Assembly: GCA_963823665.1 (NCBI GenBank) | Contig: CAWGMQ010000008.1 | Span: 672,001-736,000 of the forward strand | Reading direction: 5' to 3' | DNA: 64,000 nucleotides | DNA from: an uncultured Planctomycetota bacterium | GTDB taxonomy: Bacteria > Planctomycetota > Planctomycetia > Isosphaerales > Isosphaeraceae | Part shown: piece after piece, positions 20,601-30,984 of the stretch | Numbering within the stretch: position 1 is the first letter of the stretch | How the letters are laid out: every line of letters starts with the position of its first letter | Position numbers and translations under genes: made by a program | The notes under the pieces: model-generated | Seen by the model: the letters and a program-made list of their open reading frames with translations, nothing else | Databases searched by the model: none | Told to the model about the DNA's origin: nothing

Positions 20601-20990
20601 CCCCGCCTCCGCAGCCGCCATTCCCGCCTGGAAATCATGCGCGGCACCCAGCTCCATCGCGCCGGCAAGACCGATCAAGCAAGAAAGGCGGCAAACACCG
20701 CTGTCGCCATCGCCGAGAAACTCGCAGCCGAAGATCCAGCCTACCTTTACGAACTGGCATGCGCGCTCGCACTCAAAGCCCAGCTCCAGCCTGGCGAGCC
20801 CGGACCGCCGGCGGCCGCGGTGGCGGCCCTCCGCAAAGCCGTCGAATGCGGATTCGATAACATCTACAAGCTCAAGAACTCCCAGCAACTCGCGCCGATT
20901 CGCCACAGAGAAGATTTCCAGACGCTGCTACGTGACACAGAGAGGAGAGTGAGCGCGTCCGTCGCGCGCAGCGACGAACACAAACGCTGA
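17625..20990 (+). CDS. Ser/Thr protein kinase with TM and TPR-like region (paralogue 2)
   Basis: All kinase motifs intact; N-terminus nearly identical to the kinases at 9974 and 22878; GGAG RBS before ATG 17625. Confidence 0.95.
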   Translation: MTDSARSEDRFSALADEFIKRQRLGQNPSIEAYAAAHPDLADEIRLAFPALLMIDDLKPRSGDPTGNFDVASVVIRGAKLERLGDFRVLREAGRGGMGVVYEAEQESLGRRVALKVLAAHAVPDPAQVKRFEREARAAAQLHHTNIVPVFGVGEQNGLHYYAMQFIAGLGLDAVIDEVKRLRHATRAAHPPTPPDTRQGPDGSAPTAAAIARSLVTEAFTAPSPVRVSSSTIEPAPPAGPSADVDDPSFRLSAESPVLSSEAALSASGISSGSSSDSKYWHSVARVGMQVARALEYAHNQGILHRDIKPANLLLDSQGTVWVADFGLAKAVEGEDLTHTGDIVGTIRYMAPERFQGRCDTRSDIYALGLTLYEMLGLAPAFEHKSRQALIRQVMEEEPPRLRKLDPSIPRDLETVIHKAIARDPAGRYATAGALADDLSLFLDDKPVRARDVGILERTWKWAHRRPAIAALLAGLVVTILGGLAAVTWQWRAAVTARDEAQMARDEARGNLKVASKAVDTFFTTVSGEHLLNEPGMHPLREKLLMLALAYYQDFASRGNDDPSLRVALANAYLNWGTIIGEFRKTQDARTILRTAVNHFSSLCRANPTDPELQRGLARSYLALAQQSLQGDYGGEGFEEARNAAGLWEVVVRARPKDPEARRLLGRSYDLAGAFRSGTDLSSSETYFEKAIDVLTAARKDFPSDAPIQQRLAMAISNISALYLNMGDPGRAALSVGRSLEILKKLHAANPSSNMLQKDLSRAIRNRGQARLYFGSLSGSGDDFEEALRVVESLVNKNPEVSDYRYILGEVYTYLGQVRAEQNRTVLARELLDQAIVGQKKLLEQHPDMVQNTLTLFESRCNVATIEREAGRADAARKTLGDSLPRMKQYVESQPDATHRRIYFQALLESTLIECACGGNAVAHVGALLEALRDQENFTHTHPEDSIVRCAAVECALALAQLGDAHDTPALALEKLNRATALITPGLAITPGHPRLRSRHSRLEIMRGTQLHRAGKTDQARKAANTAVAIAEKLAAEDPAYLYELACALALKAQLQPGEPGPPAAAVAALRKAVECGFDNIYKLKNSQQLAPIRHREDFQTLLRDTERRVSASVARSDEHKR

Positions 20991-21045
20991 TGCAGCTCCT
21001 CGATCAACCAAATGAGCGACGCTTTCCCGCCGCCTCTATTGCGCC

Positions 21046-21116
21046 GGGCTTCCCCCCCTTTAGAAGGGGGTCCACCACTCCCTTTCCCCCCCTTGAGAAG
21101 GGCGGGCCAGGGGGGT
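21046..21116. repeat. Pair of C-rich/G-rich hairpin repeats (CCCCCCTT-n-AAGGG)
   Basis: CCCCCCCTTTAGAAGGGGG and CCCCCCCTTGAGAAGGGCGGGCCAGGGGGG directly after the kinase stop. Confidence 0.55.
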
Positions 21117-21233
21117 GCATTGCGGCCGCCACCGTCACAAAGCCGTCGCGATTCAAAAAGCGACGAACCGTTTGCCGGCTAAATCGTCAACAAGGCCCGC
21201 TTTTCACCGCACCACCTCAAGGGAGGTCCGATC

Positions 21234-21467
21234 ATGACTAAACATGTGCTCAAGTACAAACATCCGAGTCGATTCCTCACCGCGATCGTGATAGCGAGTC
21301 TCTTCGCCGGTTGCCAGCCCGCCGGAACCGGCTCGATCGACGTCGACCCAACGAACGCGACCGTCCAAGGTTTCAAATCGATCGAGCCTGCGAAACGGCC
21401 GAAGTCGCCCGGAACCAGCAAGCAGCCCGCCGGCACGAAGAGCGCGCCGCGGACAGGTTTCAGATGA
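21234..21467 (+). CDS. Small lipoprotein
   Basis: GGAGG RBS; signal peptide with lipobox FAGC; adjacent to the DUF1559 gene. Confidence 0.7.
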   Translation: MTKHVLKYKHPSRFLTAIVIASLFAGCQPAGTGSIDVDPTNATVQGFKSIEPAKRPKSPGTSKQPAGTKSAPRTGFR

Positions 21468-21559
21468 CCAGAACGCCCCTCCGAGCGGAGCGTCACCCGC
21501 GCGCCGGCGTTGGCGTGCGGAACCAGTGCGAGGTAGCCTTTTTTTCATGAGGTATCCAG

Positions 21560-22594
<1,035 letters not shown>

Positions 22595-22706
22595 GCACGG
22601 ATGGATGAACCGCCCGCGCGAGTAGCTCGAACACCCAAGCGGGTTCCTCGTCTTTGCACGACGACGAACCCCGCGTGGGCGGCACCGGCTCTGCCAGCGC
22701 TCCGTT

Positions 22707-22777
22707 GTAGCAGGCACACTCCGTGTGCCGCCCGCTCATGCTCCGTTGTAGCAGGCACACTCCGTGTGCCGCCCGCT
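22707..22777 (+). repeat. Two tandem REP-like elements GTAGCAGGCACACTCCGTGTGCCGCCCGCT
   Basis: Identical 30-mers at 22707 and 22748; GTAG plus a GGCACAC/GTGTGCC hairpin; third copy at 29997. Confidence 0.85.
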
Positions 22778-22877
22778 CAGAGCTCCCCGTGTGCTACCGG
22801 CTGTGCCAGTGCTGCATCCCCGACCGAATCCCCGTCCCGGAATCGCAAAAAGCCACTGAGGTATGAGGAGGTCTTAG

Positions 22878-25800
22878 GTGAGCGTCTCCGGCACTTCCGA
22901 CGAACGATTCAGCGCCCTGGCTGACGAGTTCATCGAGCGACAGCGGCTGGGCCAACACCCTTCGGTCGAAGGCTACGCCGCCGCGCATCCCGACCTGGCC
23001 GACGAAATCAGGCTGACGTTTCCCGCCCTCTTGATGATCGATGACTTGAAACCAGCATCCGGCGACGTCACCGGCAATTTCGACGCGTCATCCGTGGTCG
23101 TCCGCGGCACGCGCCTCGAGCGCCTCGGCGACTTCCGCGTCCTGCGTGAGGCCGGCCGCGGCGGCATGGGCGTCGTCTACGAGGCCGAGCAAGAATCCCT
23201 CGGCCGCCGCGTCGCGCTCAAGGTCCTCGCCGCCCACGCAATCCCCGACCCGGCCCAGGTGAAGCGGTTCGAGCGCGAGGCCCGCGCGGCCGCCCAGTTA
23301 CACCACACCAACATCGTCCCGGTCTTCGGCGTCGGCGAGCAGGACGGGCTGCACTACTACGCGATGCAGTTCATCGCGGGACTCGGTCTGGACACCGTGA
23401 TCGAAGAGATCAAGCGCCTCAGGTCCGCGAATCCGAATTCCGCTCCCACCGTAGCCTCACCGCCGGAGTGCCGGGAAAACACGCGGCACATCGCCCTCAC
23501 CGCCGCCGGAATCGCCCGCTCTCTCGTCACCGAACAGTTCGGCTCGACCCAGCCGTTCGCCGATGAGCCCTCCTCGATTGAGGCCTCGCGACCAGACGAA
23601 TTGGGAATGATGATTCATTCGCCCCGGCCAATGCTCGGATCCCCCGACCTGTCCTCCGAGGTCGTGCTTGGTCCAACGGGGCTGTCGTCCGTCTCCGGAT
23701 CAGATTCCCGGTACTGGCGCAGCGTGGCGCGGGTTGGCGAGCAAGTCGCCGGCGCCCTGGAGTACGCCCACAACCAGGGCATATTCCACCGCGACATCAA
23801 GCCCTCCAACCTTCTGCTCGACAGGCACGGCACCGCCTGGGTCGCCGACTTCGGGCTGGCCAAGGCCGTCGAGGGCGACAATCTGACGAACACCGGCGAC
23901 ATCGTCGGCACGATTCGCTACATGGCCCCCGAGCGCTTCCATGGACGCTGCGACGCAAGGTCCGACGTGTACGCCCTGGGCTTGACTCTGTACGAGATGG
24001 TGGCACTGCGCCCGGCATTCGACCACACGGCCCGCCAGGCGCTCATCCGCCAGGTGATGGAAGAGCAGCCGGCGCGGCTGCGGAAGATCAGCCCCGATGT
24101 CCCACGCGACCTCGAGACAGTGATCCAGAAGGCGATCGTGCGCGACCCCGCCGCTCGGTACGCGACCGCCGCCGCCCTGGCTGCGGACCTGGCGCTCTTC
24201 CTGGATGGCAAACCCGTGCGCGCCCGGGTCACCGGTGTGGCCGAGCGGTGCTGGAAGTGGGCGAGGAGGCGTCCAGCAATCGCCGCCCTGCTTTCCGTTC
24301 TCGCCCTCACCGCGATTTCGGGTCTGACGGCGGTCATCTGGCAGTGGCGTGCCGCGGTGGCTGCCCGCGACGAAGTCAGCCAGACCTTGAAGATGGCCAG
24401 CGACGCGGTCAATACCTCCTACACCGAGGTCAGCGAGGATTACCTCCTCGATGAGCCCGGAATGCAGCCATTGCGGCATAAACTCCTCAAGCTCGCGCTC
24501 CCTTACTACAAATTCCTCGCGGAGAAGAAGGCCGACGATCCGGCGCTCAAGGTGCAATTGGCGAACGCCTTCTTCCGATGGGGAAAGATCACCGGTGAGA
24601 TCGGCTCCAAGGAAGAAGCGAAGCGGATCCTCTCGACAGCCATCGGACATTTCAAGCCCCTCCTCGCCGCGGATCCGGCAAACCTCGAGGTCCGCATCGG
24701 TCTGGCCCGAAGCTGCCAGGCGTTCGCCTTCGAGGCCCTTCGATCCAACCAGCCGATAGAGGGCACTCAATCGGCCCGGCTCGCGGCCGAGCTCTGGGCC
24801 GAGGTCGTGCGGGCCAGGCCGGACGACCCGGAAGCGCGGTGCGGTCTTGGGCGAAGTCATGACATCATCGGGTGGGCGCGAGCCGAGGCCGGCGACAGTG
24901 TGGGCGCCAAGAGTGAATTCGAGATGGCCGTCAAGGTTCTCTCCGACGCCGCCGATCGCTCACCCGCCGACGTGGAGACGCGGCGACTCCTGACTCGAGC
25001 GCTCGATAATATCGCGGTCGTTTTTCGGAACGAAGACGACCATGCCTCTGTCGTGCGGACCACTCAAAAGGCTCGTGACTTGCTCGCGCCACTCCTCGCA
25101 GACCGTCCGAGCAGCACAACCTTGCGGAAAGCGATGGCCGATACTCTGAACATTCTTGGACATGCTTATTTTCAGATCGGCGCCCTTAGCTCGGCAGAAG
25201 CCGACCTTACACAAGCCCGCCGACTCATCGAGAGTGTGGTCCAAGATAACCCCAAGGTCATCGATTATCGTTACATCCAGGCGGAGATCTACACCGACCT
25301 GGGCCAGGTCCTGGCCGAGCAAGGGCGGACGACCTCGGCCAGGGCCCTGCTGCACCAGAAGATCACCCTCGAGCGCGAACTGCTTCGGCTCAACCCCACC
25401 TCATCCGAGTTCTTGATCTGCCTCGCCGAGGCCGACTATTTGCTCGCCCGGATCGAGAGGGAGACTGATCATTTTGGCCTCGCGGAAGGTGCTTCCGAGG
25501 AAGCCCTTGGCATCACGATTAACGAACGACGCAAACCGTTTCCGCACTATATGTTGCACGAGATCGTATTCCATACCATTGTCGAGTCGGTACGGCTTGC
25601 GGCCCGCACGGGCAAATCGCTGTCCAGCCGGGCCAGCACCCTTCGCATGCTCCTTCAGGAACTGGGTGAGAAGACGGCGGGCGGAACGTTGACCCGCGCA
25701 GACCGCCGCCTGGCCGTCGAGGGATACCTGGCACTTGCGGAGGTCGGGGCAAGTAGCGGCCAGGCGCCAGGAGTGCTCGAAGCACTTCAAAGCGCGGAGA

Positions 25801-26222
25801 GCGCCCTCGACGCGTTGCTCCGCGCGACGCCCGATCAACCTCGGTTGAGGAATCTGAAGGCAACGATCGAAATGATGCGAGGATCCGCGCTCGCCGGCGC
25901 CGGCAAAGTGACAGAGGCCGTGGCCATGGCGGAACGCGCGGTCGCCATCCGGGAGAAACTCGCCGCGATGGACCCGTCGTATTCCTACGACCTGGCCTGC
26001 GCGCTGGCCCTGACGGCCCGGCTCGACCCGGCCGCGCCCGGCCCCCCGAAGGCCGCCGTCGCTGCACTTCGCAAGGCCGTGGAGCACGGCTTCGACAACG
26101 TTCACAAGCTGAATCATGACGAGCACCTCGAACCGATCCGCCGCGGAGAAGATTTCCAAACCCTAGTCCGCGACGCGGAAAAGAACGCAGCCGCTCCCCC
26201 ATTGAACCGCAGCGACCCCTAA
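22878..26222 (+). CDS. Ser/Thr protein kinase with TM and TPR-like region (paralogue 3)
   Basis: Kinase motifs intact; GAGGAGG RBS before the GTG start. Confidence 0.95.
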   Translation: MSVSGTSDERFSALADEFIERQRLGQHPSVEGYAAAHPDLADEIRLTFPALLMIDDLKPASGDVTGNFDASSVVVRGTRLERLGDFRVLREAGRGGMGVVYEAEQESLGRRVALKVLAAHAIPDPAQVKRFEREARAAAQLHHTNIVPVFGVGEQDGLHYYAMQFIAGLGLDTVIEEIKRLRSANPNSAPTVASPPECRENTRHIALTAAGIARSLVTEQFGSTQPFADEPSSIEASRPDELGMMIHSPRPMLGSPDLSSEVVLGPTGLSSVSGSDSRYWRSVARVGEQVAGALEYAHNQGIFHRDIKPSNLLLDRHGTAWVADFGLAKAVEGDNLTNTGDIVGTIRYMAPERFHGRCDARSDVYALGLTLYEMVALRPAFDHTARQALIRQVMEEQPARLRKISPDVPRDLETVIQKAIVRDPAARYATAAALAADLALFLDGKPVRARVTGVAERCWKWARRRPAIAALLSVLALTAISGLTAVIWQWRAAVAARDEVSQTLKMASDAVNTSYTEVSEDYLLDEPGMQPLRHKLLKLALPYYKFLAEKKADDPALKVQLANAFFRWGKITGEIGSKEEAKRILSTAIGHFKPLLAADPANLEVRIGLARSCQAFAFEALRSNQPIEGTQSARLAAELWAEVVRARPDDPEARCGLGRSHDIIGWARAEAGDSVGAKSEFEMAVKVLSDAADRSPADVETRRLLTRALDNIAVVFRNEDDHASVVRTTQKARDLLAPLLADRPSSTTLRKAMADTLNILGHAYFQIGALSSAEADLTQARRLIESVVQDNPKVIDYRYIQAEIYTDLGQVLAEQGRTTSARALLHQKITLERELLRLNPTSSEFLICLAEADYLLARIERETDHFGLAEGASEEALGITINERRKPFPHYMLHEIVFHTIVESVRLAARTGKSLSSRASTLRMLLQELGEKTAGGTLTRADRRLAVEGYLALAEVGASSGQAPGVLEALQSAESALDALLRATPDQPRLRNLKATIEMMRGSALAGAGKVTEAVAMAERAVAIREKLAAMDPSYSYDLACALALTARLDPAAPGPPKAAVAALRKAVEHGFDNVHKLNHDEHLEPIRRGEDFQTLVRDAEKNAAAPPLNRSDP

Positions 26223-26443
26223 CGACAGTGCGTCGCAGAAAAAGGTGTCAGGAACCAATTCGCCGATTCCAGTCACTATGCCCCTCATATCGAGCCAGTT
26301 CCTATCGGGACACATGTTTAGTCCGGTCATCCGAAATCGCAACGCCCCTGGCCGCCTGCCCAATCCTCCCTTGCCCGTCTCGCCCGGTCGGATACAATGT
26401 CTGTTCTCGGAACGTTTCCGCATTCGTCGCAAGGGGTAAGGGC

Positions 26444-27625
26444 GTGCGAGTCGGCTATTTCGATTGTTTCAGCGGCACGGCCGGCGACATGACCATGGCC
26501 GCCTTGGTCGACGCCGGGGTCGACCGCCGCGCCATTCAGCAAGGCGTTGCCAGCCTCGGCCTGCCGTGCGAGCTCACGTTCGAAAACGTGCGCCGGGGCG
26601 GCTTTCGGGCGACTTATGCCAAGGTCATCGCCCCCGAAGAGCACGTCCACCGCCACTGGCACCACATCGAGGCGATGATCGACAAGAGCAGCTTGACAGC
26701 ACGTCAAAAAGACCTGGCCAAACGTATCTTCCTCAAGCTCGGCGAAGCCGAGGCCAGCGTCCACGGCGTCGACATCGCCAAGATCCACTTTCACGAAGTC
26801 GGCGCAGTTGACTCGATCGCCGACATCGTCGGCTCCGCCATCGGCCTCGACCTGTTGGGCGTCGATCGATATGAGGCAAGCCCCGTCCCCACCGGCCGCG
26901 GTTGGGTCAAGGCCGCCCACGGGCGGATGCCCCTGCCGGCGCCCGCCACCGCGGAGTTGCTTCGAGGCGTGCCGCTTGCCGAATCGTTCATCGACGGCGA
27001 GATGACAACGCCCACCGGCGCCGCCATTCTCGCCACCGTCGTCGAGCGCTTCGCTCCTCTCCCGGCGCTCACGATCGAGTCGATCGGCCTGGGCGCCGGC
27101 ACCCGCGAAACACCCGGCCAGGCCAATATCCTTCGCCTCTTCGTCGGCACTGTCGACCTTCCCGCCGCGTCCGACCGCGTCTGGGTGCTCGAAACCAACC
27201 TCGACGACCTCCCCGGCGAAATCGTCGGTTACACCATGACCAAGCTGATGGATTCCGGCGCGCTCGACGCGTTCGTCACCCCCATCCAGATGAAGAAGAA
27301 CCGACCCGGCGTGATGGTCTCCGTCCTCTGCGACGAACCTAAGATCGCCGCCCTCGAGGCCGTCCTCTTCCGCGAGACCGCAACTCTGGGCATTCGCCGC
27401 TACCCCGTCAGCCGCCACAAGCTCAAACGGCAGGCCCTCGAAGTCGAAACGAAGTTTGGAACGGTGCGAGGAAAACTCGGCTGGCTGGATAACCGCGTGC
27501 CGGCGTTCAGCCCCGAATTCGACGATTGTGCACGGATCGCCGCGGCCCAGTCCGTGCCCTTGCGCGAAGTTTATGAAGCCGCCCAGCTAGCTTACTCTAA
27601 CGAAAATAAGAAATCATCTGAGTGA
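26444..27625 (+). CDS. larC: Nickel pincer cofactor biosynthesis protein LarC
   Basis: YFDCFSGTAGDM, HFHEVGAVDSIADIVG, GEMTTPTGAA, LETNLDD, MKKNRPG, PEFDDC. Confidence 0.93.
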   Translation: MRVGYFDCFSGTAGDMTMAALVDAGVDRRAIQQGVASLGLPCELTFENVRRGGFRATYAKVIAPEEHVHRHWHHIEAMIDKSSLTARQKDLAKRIFLKLGEAEASVHGVDIAKIHFHEVGAVDSIADIVGSAIGLDLLGVDRYEASPVPTGRGWVKAAHGRMPLPAPATAELLRGVPLAESFIDGEMTTPTGAAILATVVERFAPLPALTIESIGLGAGTRETPGQANILRLFVGTVDLPAASDRVWVLETNLDDLPGEIVGYTMTKLMDSGALDAFVTPIQMKKNRPGVMVSVLCDEPKIAALEAVLFRETATLGIRRYPVSRHKLKRQALEVETKFGTVRGKLGWLDNRVPAFSPEFDDCARIAAAQSVPLREVYEAAQLAYSNENKKSSE

Positions 27626-28227
27626 GCGAAGATCAAGATCCAAGGAGGGATATCACGATGAATCTGGAAGCCTGGTTCGTCTTGACCGTCGCAGGGGCGT
27701 TTCTGCTGCTGGGAATCGCCGGCTCGCCGCTGGCGTGGGTGGCCCTTCATCATCGCAAATCGAACCTCGAAAACTTGATGGAAAAGCGATGGAACGAGCT
27801 CACCGCCGAATTGCGGCGGCTCGAGGGGCGGCTCGCCCTGGCGGAACAGGCAAGCCAGTCCGGACGTAAAAAGCACGAGCTCACTCCCGCTGAGAATGGC
27901 ACGAACGGCCGCGGCTTTCCCAATCGCCCGTTCCTTTCAACCTGGCGCCGATTACCTGAAACTCGCACCGACGAACCGGATGACGCCGATACGTCCTTGA
28001 TCTCCGTTCCGAATCTGGCTGCCGGTCCCGAAGACCGCGACCCGGCGGCGAACTCGCTCACCCAGCGCTACAGTGCAATCTGGACGCTTGCCGACCAGGG
28101 GGCCACGCCCGAAGTGATCGCCAAGGCAACCGGCCAGCCCATCGGCCAGATCGAGCTGATTCTCGGCCTCCGCCGCCACATCGACGGATCATCCCGCACC
28201 ACAATCCCTCATGCGCCCCACGCCTGA
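27622..28227 (+). CDS. Membrane-anchored protein with C-terminal DUF2802/DUF6115-like helical motif
   Basis: N-terminal TM, coiled coil, C-terminal IWTLADQGATPEVIAKATGQPIGQIELILGL; overlaps the larC stop. Confidence 0.7.
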   Translation: MSEDQDPRRDITMNLEAWFVLTVAGAFLLLGIAGSPLAWVALHHRKSNLENLMEKRWNELTAELRRLEGRLALAEQASQSGRKKHELTPAENGTNGRGFPNRPFLSTWRRLPETRTDEPDDADTSLISVPNLAAGPEDRDPAANSLTQRYSAIWTLADQGATPEVIAKATGQPIGQIELILGLRRHIDGSSRTTIPHAPHA

Positions 28228-28708
28228 ACCTGATTCGGCGCCGTTCGACTCCGGCCAAGGCAACGCCCGCCTCGACCGAACCCGCTCGCACGTGCTGAAT
28301 ATGCTCGTAGTCGTCGGGCTCGCAATCGCCGTATCCGGCTGGCTGCTACGACAGCGTGCCCTCGCCTGGCAGCCGCGACCGGCCAAGACGCTCAATGACT
28401 TGCTCTACGCTGTTCTGATCGCGCTCGCCGCCGCCAGCTACATCTCCAGACGCGTGCTCACAGCCCGCGCCGCTCGCGCCGCCCCCGAGCGTTTCGAGAG
28501 CCTATTCTACTGGGCACACCTCGGGCCCGCACTCACCGCCAGCCTGGCAGTCCCTCTTGGCTTCGCCTACGGCTGGCTGGTCCGGCCCGAGCTCGACGCA
28601 CTCATTCCCTTCTGGGCCGTTCCGTTCGTGCTCGGCTTCCTCGCCTTACCGCGACGATCCGAGCTGAATGACCGCGGCGATTCTTCTCCTCCGCGGGAGC
28701 CGGCATAA
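28211..28708 (+). CDS. Hypothetical membrane protein (about 4 TM)
   Basis: Hydrophobic segments; overlaps its operon neighbour. Confidence 0.7.
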   Translation: MRPTPEPDSAPFDSGQGNARLDRTRSHVLNMLVVVGLAIAVSGWLLRQRALAWQPRPAKTLNDLLYAVLIALAAASYISRRVLTARAARAAPERFESLFYWAHLGPALTASLAVPLGFAYGWLVRPELDALIPFWAVPFVLGFLALPRRSELNDRGDSSPPREPA

Positions 28709-28710
28709 AA

Positions 28711-29937
28711 ATGACTTCCTTCCAGCTCACAATCCTCTCGATCTACGCCGTGCTCGTCGCGATCTGGCCGATTCGCCTGCTCGTGATCGAGGTTGTGCTC
28801 AGGCGCCAGCGAGTGCTCTCGAACGATTCGCCTCGATTTGATCGTCCCGACCCACCGCTCGTCTCGGCGATCCTTCCCGCCAAGGACGAAGAGCTCAACT
28901 TGCCCGCCTGCCTCAGCTCGGTCTGCAGTCAATCCTATCCGCGTCTCGAGATCCTGGTCGTCGACGATCGCAGCACCGACCGCACCGGGGAGATCGCGCG
29001 CGAATTCGCCGCCCGTGATAGCCGCGTACGACTCTTCACGATCGAGCACCTGCCGCCGGGCTGGACTGGCAAGACGCACGCTCTCGATCAGGCGCTGCAC
29101 CACGCCCGTGGCAAGTGGCTCTGGTTCTTCGACGCCGACACCATCCACGCGCCGGATAGCCTGTCGATCATGATGGAATATGGTCGATCCCAGGGTGCCG
29201 CGCTCGTCAGCCTGCTCCCCGAGCTCAAATGTGAGACATTCTGGGAAAAGGTGGTGCAGCCCCTGGCAGCCATCACCTTGATGCAGTCATTCCCGCTTCA
29301 CGTCGTGAACGACAATCGGTCGCGCCTGGCATTCGCCAACGGCCAGTACATCCTGATCGAACGCAAAGCCTACGATGCCGCCGGCGGCCATCGCGCGGTG
29401 CGCGAGCGGTTCGTCGAAGACATCGGCATGGCAGAAAACGTGAAGTCTCTGGGATTCCCGATCCGCGTCGCACTCGTGCGCGGCTTGGTGCTGTGCCGCA
29501 TGTATGCGTCGTTCCAACAGCTAGTTCGCGGCTGGAGCCGCATCCTCTACGACGCCCTCGGCCGCAAGACCTGGCGTCTCGTGCTCAAGCTGCTCGACCC
29601 GATCATCTTCTGCCAGAGCGGCCACCTCGCGCTCGCCCTCGCACTGGCCCTCATCGCGCTCGGCCGCTCCGGTCCCTTCACAACCTGGCTCCTCGTCCTC
29701 GCCGTGATCCATCATACGTTGATGTGCTTGCTCTTCCTGCGCGTCTACACTTTCTCGGTCCCCGGCACGCGCTACTTCCTTTTGTACCCGCTCGCCAACC
29801 TGGTCGTGGACGCGATCCTGTTCCGAGCCATCCTCATGTGCCTCACTGGCAACGTAACCTGGCGCGGAACCGCTTATCGGAAATCGGGCCCGGACAGTCA
29901 GCTCGAAGCCAGAGGTCAGCGGCTGCCCGGCCGTTAA
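28711..29937 (+). CDS. Family 2 glycosyltransferase (HpnB/CruC-like)
   Basis: VVDDRSTD, GWTGK, FFDAD, ANGQ, VED, RMY...GW and C-terminal WRG. Confidence 0.9.
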   Translation: MTSFQLTILSIYAVLVAIWPIRLLVIEVVLRRQRVLSNDSPRFDRPDPPLVSAILPAKDEELNLPACLSSVCSQSYPRLEILVVDDRSTDRTGEIAREFAARDSRVRLFTIEHLPPGWTGKTHALDQALHHARGKWLWFFDADTIHAPDSLSIMMEYGRSQGAALVSLLPELKCETFWEKVVQPLAAITLMQSFPLHVVNDNRSRLAFANGQYILIERKAYDAAGGHRAVRERFVEDIGMAENVKSLGFPIRVALVRGLVLCRMYASFQQLVRGWSRILYDALGRKTWRLVLKLLDPIIFCQSGHLALALALALIALGRSGPFTTWLLVLAVIHHTLMCLLFLRVYTFSVPGTRYFLLYPLANLVVDAILFRAILMCLTGNVTWRGTAYRKSGPDSQLEARGQRLPGR

Positions 29938-29996
29938 TCAGCACCGCACCACTACGAGACGGTGCTGGGTGCTACCGGCACTGCCAGCGCTCTGGT

Positions 29997-30026
29997 GTAG
30001 CAGGCACACTCCGTGTGCCGCCCGCT
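29997..30026 (+). repeat. REP-like element identical to those at 22707 and 22748
   Basis: Exact 30-bp match, between convergent genes. Confidence 0.85.
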
Positions 30027-30150
30027 GAAAGTTCCGGCTGGATGGCACTGACCTTGCCACTGCTGCATGCCCGGTCGATCGTTGTCTCCCGCTTGCGAAA
30101 ATCCGTTTAATGCAACCGACCAAAAAACTCGCCCGGTTACTCTGGTGCGA

Positions 30151-30975
30151 TCACGCCACCGTTCTGTTCCTGAGCCGGCTCGCCGACTCGGGGTCATGAG
30201 TGGGCAAGTACACGGTAGGTCGTTGCTCGGCATACCACGAGATCGTCTGAAGCGTCTGCAGCGCCACACTCTCGCTCGGGCTCACGCCGTCGACCTTCCG
30301 CTCGACAAGCGACCGCTGCGTGTAAGTCGCATCACCAGCCAGGAAAAAGCTCACGTCGCCATCATCGACGATGACCGAAACGTGGCCAGGCGTATGTCCC
30401 GGCGTCGGAACGATCACGACTCTGCCGTCGGAAGTCAACGGATAGCTGCGATCGAAAGCCCCGCGCGAGCTCGATTCAAACGCGATCGGCCTCGGAGCGA
30501 ACCACGACGGCCATCGGTTCGGCAAGTACCCCAGCAACCGCCCGCGGAAACTCGTCGCCAACCGCAATTCGTCGCCGCTGACCAGCACCTCACTCTTCGG
30601 AAAATGATGCAGGCCGCCCGCATGGTCGGTGTGCAGGTGGGTCAAAACCACCGTCCGCACGTCATCCGGACGGATTCCCAACTCGAGTAGTCGCGGACCG
30701 ATTTCCTGGTCGGACCGGACATCAATTCGTACAGCCAGCCTGAAGTATGGGTGCCATCGCGGAAAATACCCCGCCTCGCTCGTCCGTGCGGTCTCACCCG
30801 TATCCACGACGATGACACCTTGGTCCGTCTCGATGGCCCATGCCAGAATCGGCAGCGGCTCGGTCCACACGCGATCGAGCAGGATATTGACCTGCCGCAT
30901 CGCACCTCGGCCCCGCCCGACTCGCTGGCTCGCCTTGATCCGAACCGTGCCTGTCACGATGGGATGAATTCTCAC
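30151..30975 (-). CDS. Metallo-beta-lactamase fold hydrolase (N-acyl homoserine lactonase family)
   Basis: THLHTDHAGG, TPGHTPGH, LAGDA, PTHD. Confidence 0.9.
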   Translation of the reverse strand: MRIHPIVTGTVRIKASQRVGRGRGAMRQVNILLDRVWTEPLPILAWAIETDQGVIVVDTGETARTSEAGYFPRWHPYFRLAVRIDVRSDQEIGPRLLELGIRPDDVRTVVLTHLHTDHAGGLHHFPKSEVLVSGDELRLATSFRGRLLGYLPNRWPSWFAPRPIAFESSSRGAFDRSYPLTSDGRVVIVPTPGHTPGHVSVIVDDGDVSFFLAGDATYTQRSLVERKVDGVSPSESVALQTLQTISWYAEQRPTVYLPTHDPESASRLRNRTVA

Positions 30976-30984
30976 GTGAATCGC

